From Marine Group I thaumarchaeote (GTDB taxonomy: Archaea > Thermoproteota > Nitrososphaeria > Nitrososphaerales > Nitrosopumilaceae), in assembly GCA_044358425.1 (NCBI GenBank), contig CP054849.1:979377-1012616 (forward strand): DNA of 33,240 nt, given 5' to 3'. How positions within the stretch are numbered: position 1 is the stretch's first letter; every line of letters starts with the position of its first letter. The position numbers were made by a program, and so were the translations under genes. Below the pieces are notes generated by a model. That model did not search any database and was not told where the DNA came from. It worked only from the letters and a program-made list of their open reading frames with translations. This document shows positions 1 to 8,474 of the stretch, one piece after another.

Positions 1-57
1 GGATCGATAAAATTTCAATTGATCGCCAAAATATTTTCAAGACATATGCTTGATTTT

Positions 58-843
58 TTAAAATGGTTTATTGACTTCTCGGGTGAAAACATAACTTGCA
101 ATACCAACCATTGCAATAACAAATGCAAAAATTACTGCAACACTAATCAGTATAGGAACACCACCTTCAGAAACTCCTGTCATCAATTCTCTAACTAGCA
201 AAATGGTGTAAGTAACAGGATTCAGTTTTGCTACCACTGCAAGCCAATCAGGTAATAATTCCAATGGGAATAATGCAGGACTCAACATGAATAATGGCAT
301 TCCAAGTAAATTGATCATTCCCCAAAACGTTTCTTGAGATTTTGCAGTAGCAGCTAAAGTAACAGAAATTCCCGAAAATCCTAATGAGAATAAAATTACA
401 ATTCCCATAATAGGAATTATCATCAGAGGATTTGGAAACGTAACACCAATTGCCAAAGCAATTCCAATAATCAAACTTGCTTGTAAAGCAGCAATTAAAG
501 AAATTGCAGACATTTTTCCAATCGCAATTGCTGAACGTGAAATTGGTGAAGTCAATGCCTTATTCATAAAACCATACCTCCTATCCCATAGTGTGTTAAC
601 ACCACCAAAAATACTAGTAAAAATTGCAGTTAAAATTATGACACCTGGAGCCATGAATTCAATATATTCACCTTCGAATCCCACGGACTGAATTAAAGGC
701 TGAGTTTCTGAAAAAATATTTCCTACAACTATAATCCAAATTGCAGGTTGGATTAATCGAATTAAAACCCCACTTCGAGATTTTTTGTATCTCTTTAACT
801 CTCTCCAAAAAATAGTGTATGCATCATAGGCTATCGTATTCAT
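58..843 (-). CDS. ABC-2 type exporter permease (DrrB/NodJ-like)
   Basis: About six hydrophobic segments, ABC-2 motifs (FMAPG..., LTSPISR, PLELLPDWL..NPVTY); overlaps the ATPase stop codon. Confidence 0.92.
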   Translation of the reverse strand: MNTIAYDAYTIFWRELKRYKKSRSGVLIRLIQPAIWIIVVGNIFSETQPLIQSVGFEGEYIEFMAPGVIILTAIFTSIFGGVNTLWDRRYGFMNKALTSPISRSAIAIGKMSAISLIAALQASLIIGIALAIGVTFPNPLMIIPIMGIVILFSLGFSGISVTLAATAKSQETFWGMINLLGMPLFMLSPALFPLELLPDWLAVVAKLNPVTYTILLVRELMTGVSEGGVPILISVAVIFAFVIAMVGIASYVFTREVNKPF

Positions 844-1847
844 TGTCGTAATCTCTTCATTTTTGCATGTTCACGTCTTCTGTTAAATTTGGAATCATCA
901 TCTCGAATTTCATGACCAGTATAGGAGATAAAGACATCATCAAGTGTTGGTTGAGTTAAAGAAATAGATTTAATTTTGATTCCAAGGTCTGAAGATATTT
1001 GGAAAATTTTAGGAATTACTTCAGTGCCATTTGAAGTAAAAAGAGTTAATTTTGAATCATCTTCATTAATTTTTTTAATAAATTCAATTTTTTTAAGTTC
1101 TAGCAAAAAGGAATCATAATTACTATTACTTTCAATGACTAATGAGATTATTTCATTGCCTAGATCATTTTTCATATTTTTAGGAGTATCAATTACTTGA
1201 ATTTTTCCATGATCTATAATTCCAATCCTATCACATAGACTATCTGCTTCTTCCATATAGTGAGTTGTAAGAAAAATTGTCATGTCAAATTGTGTATGAA
1301 TTTTTTTAATGTATTGCCAAATTTTTCTTCTAGTTTGAATATCTAATCCAACTGTAGGTTCATCTAAAAACAAAACTCTTGGATGATGTAAAAGACCTCC
1401 AGCAATATCTAATCTCTTTCTCATTCCTCCAGAATATGTAACTACAGCTTCATCTTGTTTATCTGAAAGTTCAATTAAGTCTAAAACTTCATCAATTCTC
1501 TGATTGATTTCATTTTTTGGGATATGGTTTAATTTTGCTTGTAATAAGAGATTTTCACGCCCAGATAGATATTCATCAACAGTAGTTTCTTGTTGTACAA
1601 ATCCAATACTTTCTCGAACTTGTTTTGGATTTTTTAATACATCAAAGCCTCCAACAAGGGCATTTCCATTTGTCGGTTTTAGCAAAGTAGTGAAAATCAT
1701 CATGGTAGTACTTTTACCAGCTCCATTAGGTCCCAAGAATCCAAAAATTTCTCCTTTTTCAACTGAAAAAGAAATATTATTTACTGCAACTAAATCTCCA
1801 AATGACTTTGTTAGAGATTTTGTTTCGATAGAATACAATAACTTCAA
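840..1847 (-). CDS. ABC exporter ATP-binding subunit (DrrA/NodI-like)
   Basis: Walker A GPNGAGKST, signature YSGGM, Walker B LFLDEPT, H-loop TTHY; TTG start at 1847 or 1838. Confidence 0.95.
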   Translation of the reverse strand: MKLLYSIETKSLTKSFGDLVAVNNISFSVEKGEIFGFLGPNGAGKSTTMMIFTTLLKPTNGNALVGGFDVLKNPKQVRESIGFVQQETTVDEYLSGRENLLLQAKLNHIPKNEINQRIDEVLDLIELSDKQDEAVVTYSGGMRKRLDIAGGLLHHPRVLFLDEPTVGLDIQTRRKIWQYIKKIHTQFDMTIFLTTHYMEEADSLCDRIGIIDHGKIQVIDTPKNMKNDLGNEIISLVIESNSNYDSFLLELKKIEFIKKINEDDSKLTLFTSNGTEVIPKIFQISSDLGIKIKSISLTQPTLDDVFISYTGHEIRDDDSKFNRRREHAKMKRLRQ

Positions 1848-1931
1848 CTGCGGTGGGAATTATAAATTGCTAAGTATTCGATCAGATACGATCATACAAA
1901 ATTTAAAAAGAGTATCTTAAAGAGATGATTT

Positions 1932-2024
1932 ATGAAAGGATTATGTCAAAAATGTCACTCATCAAATGTAGAAATTACATTAGAGAATGGAAGTCCTGTT
2001 TGTGAGAAGTGTGCAAAAAAGTAA
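1932..2024 (+). CDS. 30-aa zinc-ribbon microprotein (MKGLCQKCHSSNVEITLENGSPVCEKCAKK)
   Basis: Hand-translated ORF below the track cutoff; two CxxC motifs; fills an intergenic gap; TTTAAA box about 30 bp upstream. Confidence 0.7.
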   Translation: MKGLCQKCHSSNVEITLENGSPVCEKCAKK

Positions 2025-2051
2025 AAAATAATAAAAAAGAATTTTAAAGAA

Positions 2052-2504
2052 TCATTCAATATTTTTGAATTCATCTTTAGTCATTCTTAAGATGATTTTT
2101 TCACCTATTCCCCAAATTTCTGATTTGGATAAAATTTTTGAATGCATCAAGCCATGGCTTACCTCAATTGATTCCAATTCATTGGTGTCTGGATGTTTGT
2201 GTAATCTTTTGACTTTACCAATTTTATGACTATCAATATCTACTACCGGAATTCCAGTTCTGACAGGAGGTCTACTAAGAAGTAGTTGCTCATCAGAAAA
2301 TTTGTCGATGTAATCATGGGATAGGAAGTAATCTTTGTTGAATCCTTGATGGATGGTTACACCAGATACAGAAAGGGAATCTTGGTGAATGTGTATGTGT
2401 TTGACCTTTCCATATTGAATTCCTTCTCTATCAATTACTTTTTTTCCAGTAAAGGTATCAGCAGTGGCTATGTTTTCAGGCATTCCTTCTAATTTCACTG
2501 ACAT
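2052..2504 (-). CDS. Tandem PRC-barrel domain protein
   Basis: Two repeats of G.xV.D..G..(I/Y)GKV (GKKVIDREGIQYGKV; GIPVVDIDSHKIGKV). Confidence 0.8.
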   Translation of the reverse strand: MSVKLEGMPENIATADTFTGKKVIDREGIQYGKVKHIHIHQDSLSVSGVTIHQGFNKDYFLSHDYIDKFSDEQLLLSRPPVRTGIPVVDIDSHKIGKVKRLHKHPDTNELESIEVSHGLMHSKILSKSEIWGIGEKIILRMTKDEFKNIE

Positions 2505-2582
2505 GTCTCATTATTGCTAAATTACCTTATCATATCAAATATCAGAAATTTCTATCAATGGGGTTAAATTACTTGACAGAGT

Positions 2583-2921
2583 ATGATAGACATGGAAATT
2601 AAGGAAGAAAGATTTCGACCAATCTTAGTTACAAAGGGAAGAAAAACAGGAAAACCACATTCAGTGTGGTTAAGGGCTGTAAAGTATAATGAAAAAATAT
2701 ATTTTTCAAGACATCGTCCAGATGGGGATTGGTATCAAAATTCAATAGCAAATCCAGAAGTCAAAATACAATACAATAACATGGAATTTTCTGGAAAAGC
2801 TTTACCTGTAACAGATGAAAAACTAAATGAAAAGATTTCTCAATTAAAATATCCAGGAGAAGAAAGAGCTAATGAAAAAAGAGTAGCAATTGAAATTACA
2901 TTAGATGACAGTATAAAATAA
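2583..2921 (+). CDS. Deazaflavin (F420)-dependent nitroreductase / DUF385-like split-barrel protein
   Basis: LVTKGRKTGKPH and DWYQNSIANPEV match the Ddn-family T.GR.SG and W..NL.ANP.V motifs. Confidence 0.75.
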   Translation: MIDMEIKEERFRPILVTKGRKTGKPHSVWLRAVKYNEKIYFSRHRPDGDWYQNSIANPEVKIQYNNMEFSGKALPVTDEKLNEKISQLKYPGEERANEKRVAIEITLDDSIK

Positions 2922-2950
2922 AAATTGTAAAAACAAAAAATTGATTTTAC

Positions 2951-3535
2951 TTACAATACATCTTCATAAAGAATTGTTTGATTCTTTAGTTGTTTATCTA
3001 AGGTAGGCAAATATTTCATTATACAATAATTAACAAAATCACTAAAGGAACGAATTCTGTAATCAGATTCTAAGACATCACTGTGTTTGTCATAATATTG
3101 TTCTAATTTGTATAGAGTTCTTTTTTGAAGTGGCACCAATCTATTACGTTTAGTCACAAACTTGGGGGCAACAGAAAATTCTTCCCCAGGATCAGTATTT
3201 GATTCAGTTTCAGATTCACCCTGAAGGGAATTGAGTTCAATGGATTCTTGCATTTCAAAAACAAAAATTTTACTTGGTGCAGATTTAGGAAGTCCTGAGT
3301 TTTTGGAAATAATATCTACTACTTTTCGTGCCTGTTTATCAGACATTGCCAATTCAATTTTTGCAAGCATTGTGGATCTAAGAGTAGAACCTCCCACTCT
3401 GGAACCTTTTGATTGACTTACAAATTTACTATCTTCTAAATTTCGTTTATCGATAATATCTATGCCTAAAGCATCTAATTTTTCACGGATTGTTGGATAG
3501 TTTTTTCGATTGATGACAGCTTCAATTTTTTTCAA
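2951..3535 (-). CDS. Degenerate P-II-fold protein with C-terminal extension (possible ribbon-helix-helix)
   Basis: Residues 1-103 follow the P-II pattern (MKKIEAVI..., KIELAMSD...VVDII, KIFV) but lack the GxGxQ, GDGK and RxR ligand motifs; acidic linker, then a ~65-aa tail. Confidence 0.75.
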   Translation of the reverse strand: MKKIEAVINRKNYPTIREKLDALGIDIIDKRNLEDSKFVSQSKGSRVGGSTLRSTMLAKIELAMSDKQARKVVDIISKNSGLPKSAPSKIFVFEMQESIELNSLQGESETESNTDPGEEFSVAPKFVTKRNRLVPLQKRTLYKLEQYYDKHSDVLESDYRIRSFSDFVNYCIMKYLPTLDKQLKNQTILYEDVL

Positions 3536-3593
3536 TAATTTGTATAATTTTAGATGGCTTTAAACATAATCATTTTTTCACAACCACAATAAT

Positions 3594-3624
3594 TGATTAT
3601 CAGATGATAATCATTTGATAATCA
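3594..3624. promoter_or_regulatory. Triple TGATWATCA palindrome array, putative operator
   Basis: TGATTATCA 3594-3602, TGATAATCA 3605-3613, TGATAATCA 3616-3624; 11-bp period; about 30 bp upstream of the TTTAAA box (3559-3564) of the P-II-like gene. Confidence 0.7.
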
Positions 3625-3640
3625 TTTAGTTAGAAAAAAT

Positions 3641-4462
3641 CTAACCGTAAGATTCGAATTTAACTTCAAAACTGCCATCTTCACGTTTATTTTTTTCAGT
3701 GACAAAATTTTTGTTACTCAAATAATCCATTGTTCCATCAATTGTTCCTTGCCAACCACAAACATAGAAAATTGTATTTTCTTTGGTAATTTTTTCACCA
3801 ACTAATTCTTCAAGAGCAGATTTACCACTATCAGTAGGTCTCAAATATTGTTCAATTCTACCTTTATGGCCAATCCATGAACGATTAGTCCACTCTTGTG
3901 GTCTACTGATTGCAGCTCTATATTTGAAATTCCACTTATCTTTACCCCTATCAAGACTTTCATTTTCTAAATCAGTCAAAAGTTGTTTGTAACTTAATTC
4001 ATCAACATAACTTGCGCCATGCAAAACAACGATCTCTCTTTTGTCGTTGGTGTCATGAAGATGCTGTGCAAAACTGACAAATGGTGCCAATCCAGTTCCA
4101 CCACCAATGCATACAATTCTTCTTGTGTCTTTTTCACCGTTTGGCAGTGTGTCATTAATTGTTAAATTACCAGCTGGTTTTGCCCAACTGATTTTATCAC
4201 CTTCTTTTGCATTAAATAGTAAACTAGTTAGTCTTCCAGGAAGCGGTCGTCTAACCCATCTAATTACAAATTCAAAGAAATTTTTGTTTTGAGGGGAAGA
4301 TGTTATAGAATATGCACGATTCACAATTTTACTATCCAAAGGCAATCCAAGGGTTAGAAATTGACCTGCTTTAAAATCAGGAAATTCTTCATCAGGAGTT
4401 ACACGAAAAATTCCTAAATCCTCTCTCAATAACTGAGTGTAGGTAATGGTACCATTTTCCAC
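3641..4462 (-). CDS. Ferredoxin-NADP(+) reductase (FNR/Fpr family)
   Basis: RAYSITS FAD motif, GRLTS, GGGTGLAPF, FYVCG, C-terminal ESYG; GTG start. Confidence 0.9.
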   Translation of the reverse strand: MENGTITYTQLLREDLGIFRVTPDEEFPDFKAGQFLTLGLPLDSKIVNRAYSITSSPQNKNFFEFVIRWVRRPLPGRLTSLLFNAKEGDKISWAKPAGNLTINDTLPNGEKDTRRIVCIGGGTGLAPFVSFAQHLHDTNDKREIVVLHGASYVDELSYKQLLTDLENESLDRGKDKWNFKYRAAISRPQEWTNRSWIGHKGRIEQYLRPTDSGKSALEELVGEKITKENTIFYVCGWQGTIDGTMDYLSNKNFVTEKNKREDGSFEVKFESYG

Positions 4463-4463
4463 G

Positions 4464-4856
4464 CTATGGTTTCTCCCAATCTGTCAAGATAGAATGGACT
4501 TTTTCTATTATTGGATCATAAGATATTCTAGGTTCAGTACTTACAAGTAATAATTTTCCTTTAAACGGAATAGTGACCAAAGTTACATGATCATATTCAG
4601 TAAAAGTTAATCTCTCCTTACCTAAACGGAATGTAAAATTTTGTGCTTTTCTCCACCTCTCTAATGTATAATGAATAGACATTCCAACTTCATGATCAGC
4701 TAAAAGAGAATCAAGATTATCTCTTTGTGCACTGTGTAGTATTTTGGATTTATCATTAACAAATGCTGCAAAACGAATTTGATTATCAGAATCTATTATT
4801 TTGGAACAAAGTTTTTCATAATTTGGTTCAGTGATTATTTCTTCAGCCATTCCCAT
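4464..4856 (-). CDS. DUF6659-like thaumarchaeal small protein (roadblock/profilin-like)
   Basis: IRFAAFVND...LGKERLTFTEYDHVTLVTIPF...LLVSTE pattern typical of this family. Confidence 0.65.
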   Translation of the reverse strand: MGMAEEIITEPNYEKLCSKIIDSDNQIRFAAFVNDKSKILHSAQRDNLDSLLADHEVGMSIHYTLERWRKAQNFTFRLGKERLTFTEYDHVTLVTIPFKGKLLLVSTEPRISYDPIIEKVHSILTDWEKP

Positions 4857-4897
4857 TCAGGTCTCTCTTCATAATCTTTGTCATCATCCATCTAACA

Positions 4898-6193
4898 TCA
4901 AGAATTATTTGATTTGTCTTTGTTAGATGATTGCATGTAGTCATTTGGAGTAAACTTAAACTCCTCCTCCTCAGAGTAAGCCTCTTCAGCATGTTCACTG
5001 ATATCTAATCCAATGTCTTCCTCTTCAGGTCCAACACGAATTCCAATAAGATGTTTAATTAATTGTAATAATACCCAAGTTCCACCAAATCCCATTACAG
5101 CTGCTACTGCAATACCTACTGCTTGAATCCAAATTTGATCATAATTACCATAGAGTAATCCATCAACACCAGATGGGTTAATCAAAGTACTTGCAAATAT
5201 TCCAATTCCAAGTGCACCAACAATTCCTGCAATACCGTGTACAGAACTTACATCAAGGGCATCATCAATCTTTAGTCTGTCTCTAATGAGTACAACTCCA
5301 CCATAGGATAGCACACCAATTGCAATAGCAAGAACAAATGAATGTTCAACACTAATGTATCCAGATGCAGGAGTGATTCCAGCAAGTCCAGCAATTGCAC
5401 CGTTAATAGTTGCAACAATTGATGGTTTACCAGTTCGCATCCATGACAATCCTGCCCAAATTAAAGCAGAAACAGAAGAAGCTAAGTGAGTTACAATTAC
5501 AGTATTTCCGGCTACACCACCTGAAGCCAATGCACTACCGGCATTAAATCCAAACCAACCTAACCACAATAAAGAAGAGCCTAAAACAGCTAGAGGTATA
5601 CTGTGCGGAATATTGATTGCTGGACCGAAACCACGTCTTTTTCCAAGTACCAGTGCTGCGGCAAGTGCAGCCATTCCAACAGTAGTGTGAATTACAATAC
5701 CACCAGCAAAGTCAACAACACCTAGTTGTGCTAACCAGCCACCACCCCAAACCATGTGAACGATTGGGTAGTAGATTAGCATTGACCATGCAGATATGAA
5801 TATAATGAAAGAACTGAATTTCATTCTTTCAGCAATAGTTCCTGTTAGTAATAATGGGGTAATACATGCAAACATCAACTGGAATTTAACAAAGAGCACT
5901 CCAGGTATACTAGGAGCATATTGTTCTAAAGGTGCATCCCAAGGAATTCCTTTCAAAAAGGACCAATCAAGATTACCTATCACACCAGTAGTAGAAGGAC
6001 CAAAGGATAAACTAAAACCAAAAACAAACCACATTACACTAAGTAATGACATTCCGAAAAATATTTGCATAAAAATTGAAACTACATTTTTCTTTCTCAA
6101 TAAACCAGATTCAAACAATCCCAATGCAGGGATCATTAACAATACTAAACATCCAGCAATTAGCATCCATGCTGTATCTCCAGTATCTATCAT
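4898..6193 (-). CDS. amtB: Ammonium transporter (Amt family)
   Basis: DTAWML, FQLMFA, IAERMKF, DFAGGIVIH, WFGFNAGS, NGAIAGLAGITP, DDALDVSSVHG; both pore histidines present. Likely start MIDTGD at 6193. Confidence 0.97.
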   Translation of the reverse strand: MIDTGDTAWMLIAGCLVLLMIPALGLFESGLLRKKNVVSIFMQIFFGMSLLSVMWFVFGFSLSFGPSTTGVIGNLDWSFLKGIPWDAPLEQYAPSIPGVLFVKFQLMFACITPLLLTGTIAERMKFSSFIIFISAWSMLIYYPIVHMVWGGGWLAQLGVVDFAGGIVIHTTVGMAALAAALVLGKRRGFGPAINIPHSIPLAVLGSSLLWLGWFGFNAGSALASGGVAGNTVIVTHLASSVSALIWAGLSWMRTGKPSIVATINGAIAGLAGITPASGYISVEHSFVLAIAIGVLSYGGVVLIRDRLKIDDALDVSSVHGIAGIVGALGIGIFASTLINPSGVDGLLYGNYDQIWIQAVGIAVAAVMGFGGTWVLLQLIKHLIGIRVGPEEEDIGLDISEHAEEAYSEEEEFKFTPNDYMQSSNKDKSNNS

Positions 6194-6246
6194 AATTATA
6201 ATGAAATCGAGTTTTTGCATTTAACAGTTTTCTAATTTGATTTACA

Positions 6247-6257
6247 TTGATAATCAA
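6247..6257. promoter_or_regulatory. TTGATAATCAA palindrome in the divergent amt/glnK promoter
   Basis: Same core as the 3594-3624 array; degenerate neighbour TGATTTACA at 6238-6246. Confidence 0.55.
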
Positions 6258-6307
6258 AAGATATACAATTTCTAAATTATTATTTACTTTAACAATGAAA
6301 AATAATT

Positions 6308-6637
6308 ATGTTAAAACTTGAAATCATACTTGCAGAAAATGATGTAATGAACATCAGTGAGGGATTAAAAGAAATAGGAATTGGTGGACTAACAGTTATG
6401 AAAGTCAGAGGAAGAGGTGCAAAAATTGCAGCCGAAATCCATACATCAAAAGGAATGGAAGTCTTTGTTCCTCATTTTGCAGACAAATATCGATTAATGG
6501 TAGTAATACCAGAATCAAAAGAAGAAAAAACTGTAGAGATAATTAAGAAAAACTCTAGAGAAGGTAAAATATTCATTTCACAAATATTACGTGCAATTGA
6601 CATTAAAACAGGAAATGAAGGTGAAGAGGTAATCTAG
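6308..6637 (+). CDS. glnK: Nitrogen regulatory protein P-II (GlnB/GlnK family)
   Basis: GIGGLTVMKVRGRG, GKIFIS, IDIKTGNEGEEVI; divergent from amt. Confidence 0.88.
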   Translation: MLKLEIILAENDVMNISEGLKEIGIGGLTVMKVRGRGAKIAAEIHTSKGMEVFVPHFADKYRLMVVIPESKEEKTVEIIKKNSREGKIFISQILRAIDIKTGNEGEEVI

Positions 6638-6638
6638 A

Positions 6639-6764
6639 ATGAAATTATCATTTGAGAAAATTAAATCTTCCAAATTAACAAAAAAAGACTACCTAAAAAT
6701 CCCAATTATAGCAGGAATTATTGCAATTCCACCAGTTTTAATGACATATTGGACAATGGGATAA
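6639..6764 (+). CDS. 41-aa single-TM microprotein (MKLSFEKIKSSKLTKKDYLKIPIIAGIIAIPPVLMTYWTMG)
   Basis: ATG 1 nt after the P-II stop; basic N-terminus and hydrophobic C-terminal helix; ends 10 nt before the next gene. Confidence 0.65.
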   Translation: MKLSFEKIKSSKLTKKDYLKIPIIAGIIAIPPVLMTYWTMG

Positions 6765-6774
6765 GGTAATTGAA

Positions 6775-7047
6775 ATGAGTTTATTATTAATTACAAAAAG
6801 AGGGACTGGTAAAAAACTAGTAAGTGAAGATGTCGATTATAATTGGGCAGGAGACAAATTTAAAGAATTTCAAGAAAAAACAAAAGAGCATATTTTTTTC
6901 AAAAAAAGAAAAAAAACAATCATCTCATCAGCAAGAGGAACACAAACAAAGTATTTAGAAAAAGCTGAAGAAATGATTCCCAAACCAAAACAAGCTTACA
7001 TCACCATAAATAGAGGAACAAAAAGAATTTTAATTGATTTAAAATGA
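6775..7047 (+). CDS. Hypothetical basic 90-aa protein
   Basis: ORF in operon-like spacing, AGGT upstream; no family recognised. Confidence 0.6.
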   Translation: MSLLLITKRGTGKKLVSEDVDYNWAGDKFKEFQEKTKEHIFFKKRKKTIISSARGTQTKYLEKAEEMIPKPKQAYITINRGTKRILIDLK

Positions 7048-7163
7048 AAGCAGAAAAAATCATACCACAATTAAGTAAATCAAAAGTATTTTTAGTGAAA
7101 TTAAGTTTTGCAGCTTTAGGAATGTCTCTAATTGGATTATACTTGTTTGCAGATTACATCTAA
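7044..7163 (+). CDS. 39-aa single-TM microprotein (MKAEKIIPQLSKSKVFLVKLSFAALGMSLIGLYLFADYI)
   Basis: ATGA start/stop overlap with the upstream gene; basic N-terminus plus hydrophobic helix. Confidence 0.65.
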   Translation: MKAEKIIPQLSKSKVFLVKLSFAALGMSLIGLYLFADYI

Positions 7164-7179
7164 ATTAAAAATAAAAAAA

Positions 7180-7824
7180 TTAAACTAAATGTACTACAGT
7201 AGAAATTCCACGTTTGTCAATCTCCACATCATTTTCAAATTCACCTAGTGTAACAGTAAATGAAATAACATCTCTAGGTTTTGCATTTTCTGCATGGAGT
7301 TTTAGATGGATATCTAATTCATCAAATTCACCAGTTGGTAAATCAGTTTCTTCCAAATATGCACCACATGTGGATTCAATTCTAAATCTATCATCCTTAA
7401 AATGGTAACCAAGTTTTAATTTTCTATTTTTTCTAGGATGTCCTTTGACTACAACATCAATTACACCAGGTTTTGTTTCAGTGTATCCAGATTTTTGATT
7501 TATAAAAACTCCAATTTCCAGAGGCTTACCTGCAGTGGATTCTGCCATTTTTTGAATTCCATCATTCATAATTACATCTACTGCTTTGATGGATTGTGCG
7601 ACTTTTGCTAACCATTCATTTGTTCTAGCGATAGTTGCTTGAATTCCTGCACGTCTTCGTTTATCTTCATCTTCTGGTAATTTGTAATAATCAACCCAAG
7701 CCTCATAATCATGAGAGATATCTTCAATGAAATCAATACATGTACGCTTGTACTCATTAGGATCATCAGTTCTTTCAGACTCATCACCTGTTCTCAATCC
7801 ATCATAACCTTCAGGCATTGCCAT
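7180..7824 (-). CDS. Hypothetical acidic 214-aa protein
   Basis: Long ORF with normal composition; helical N-half and beta-rich C-half; no family recognised. Confidence 0.8.
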   Translation of the reverse strand: MAMPEGYDGLRTGDESERTDDPNEYKRTCIDFIEDISHDYEAWVDYYKLPEDEDKRRRAGIQATIARTNEWLAKVAQSIKAVDVIMNDGIQKMAESTAGKPLEIGVFINQKSGYTETKPGVIDVVVKGHPRKNRKLKLGYHFKDDRFRIESTCGAYLEETDLPTGEFDELDIHLKLHAENAKPRDVISFTVTLGEFENDVEIDKRGISTVVHLV

Positions 7825-7940
7825 ACACTAAATCAATTATAGTTGTAAAAAAACCAATCTTGATAAAAAATAATGATTAATCAATATTTTCCAGTACATA
7901 CTAGAGGGTTTTTCAAGTATCACGATATACTGAATAGTAG

Positions 7941-8126
7941 ATGGTGCTTCTTTGGATAGGAATTGCAGTTGGGGTTATAATTACAACAATACTGATTGTT
8001 AAAGCTGTAAAGACACCTTCTCGTGATGTTATGGGAGTGGAATTACAATGCAAAAAATGCGGTTCTAAGACTAATGGATTAAAATGTCCAAAATGTGAGG
8101 ACAAATCTCAAACATTCGGAGTTTGA
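7941..8126 (+). CDS. Membrane-anchored zinc-ribbon microprotein
   Basis: N-terminal TM helix followed by CKKC...CPKC. Confidence 0.75.
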   Translation: MVLLWIGIAVGVIITTILIVKAVKTPSRDVMGVELQCKKCGSKTNGLKCPKCEDKSQTFGV

Positions 8127-8191
8127 TTAAATAATTTCTTTTTTAAAAAATGGCTTTTCTCTATCCGTAACGGAGGCTATATACTCTTTTT

Positions 8192-8425
8192 TTAGTGATA
8201 ATGCACTTTGCTGTCATTGATCTTGTCTTTTGGTGTAGTGATAGTTCTATCTGATCCTTTACAATAATTTTTTCCTTTGAAATGCTTGTGAATTTTAATT
8301 TTGGCCATCTTGACACTGTCAATCCCATAGGCTCCGTGATGTTCTGATATTTCCTCACTAACAATGTGACAATTTATGGCCACATTACACCACTTACACA
8401 TTATTTTCATTTTATCGTCTTTCAT
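8192..8425 (-). CDS. Small Cys/His-rich hypothetical protein
   Basis: CKWC...C..., HH, HKH...C; probable metal binding. Confidence 0.7.
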   Translation of the reverse strand: MKDDKMKIMCKWCNVAINCHIVSEEISEHHGAYGIDSVKMAKIKIHKHFKGKNYCKGSDRTITTPKDKINDSKVHYH

Positions 8426-8474
8426 GTTATTTTGTGTATTAATGATTATAATAGGAATTGTTCAGATAAAATTA

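Noticed and set aside
1504-1920. 138-aa + strand ORF and similar antisense ORFs (3231, 3783, 4107, 5796, 7214, 9285, 15337, 15904, 16207, 25799, 27671 and others)
   Set aside because: Shadow frames opposite well-supported genes, with no recognisable motifs.
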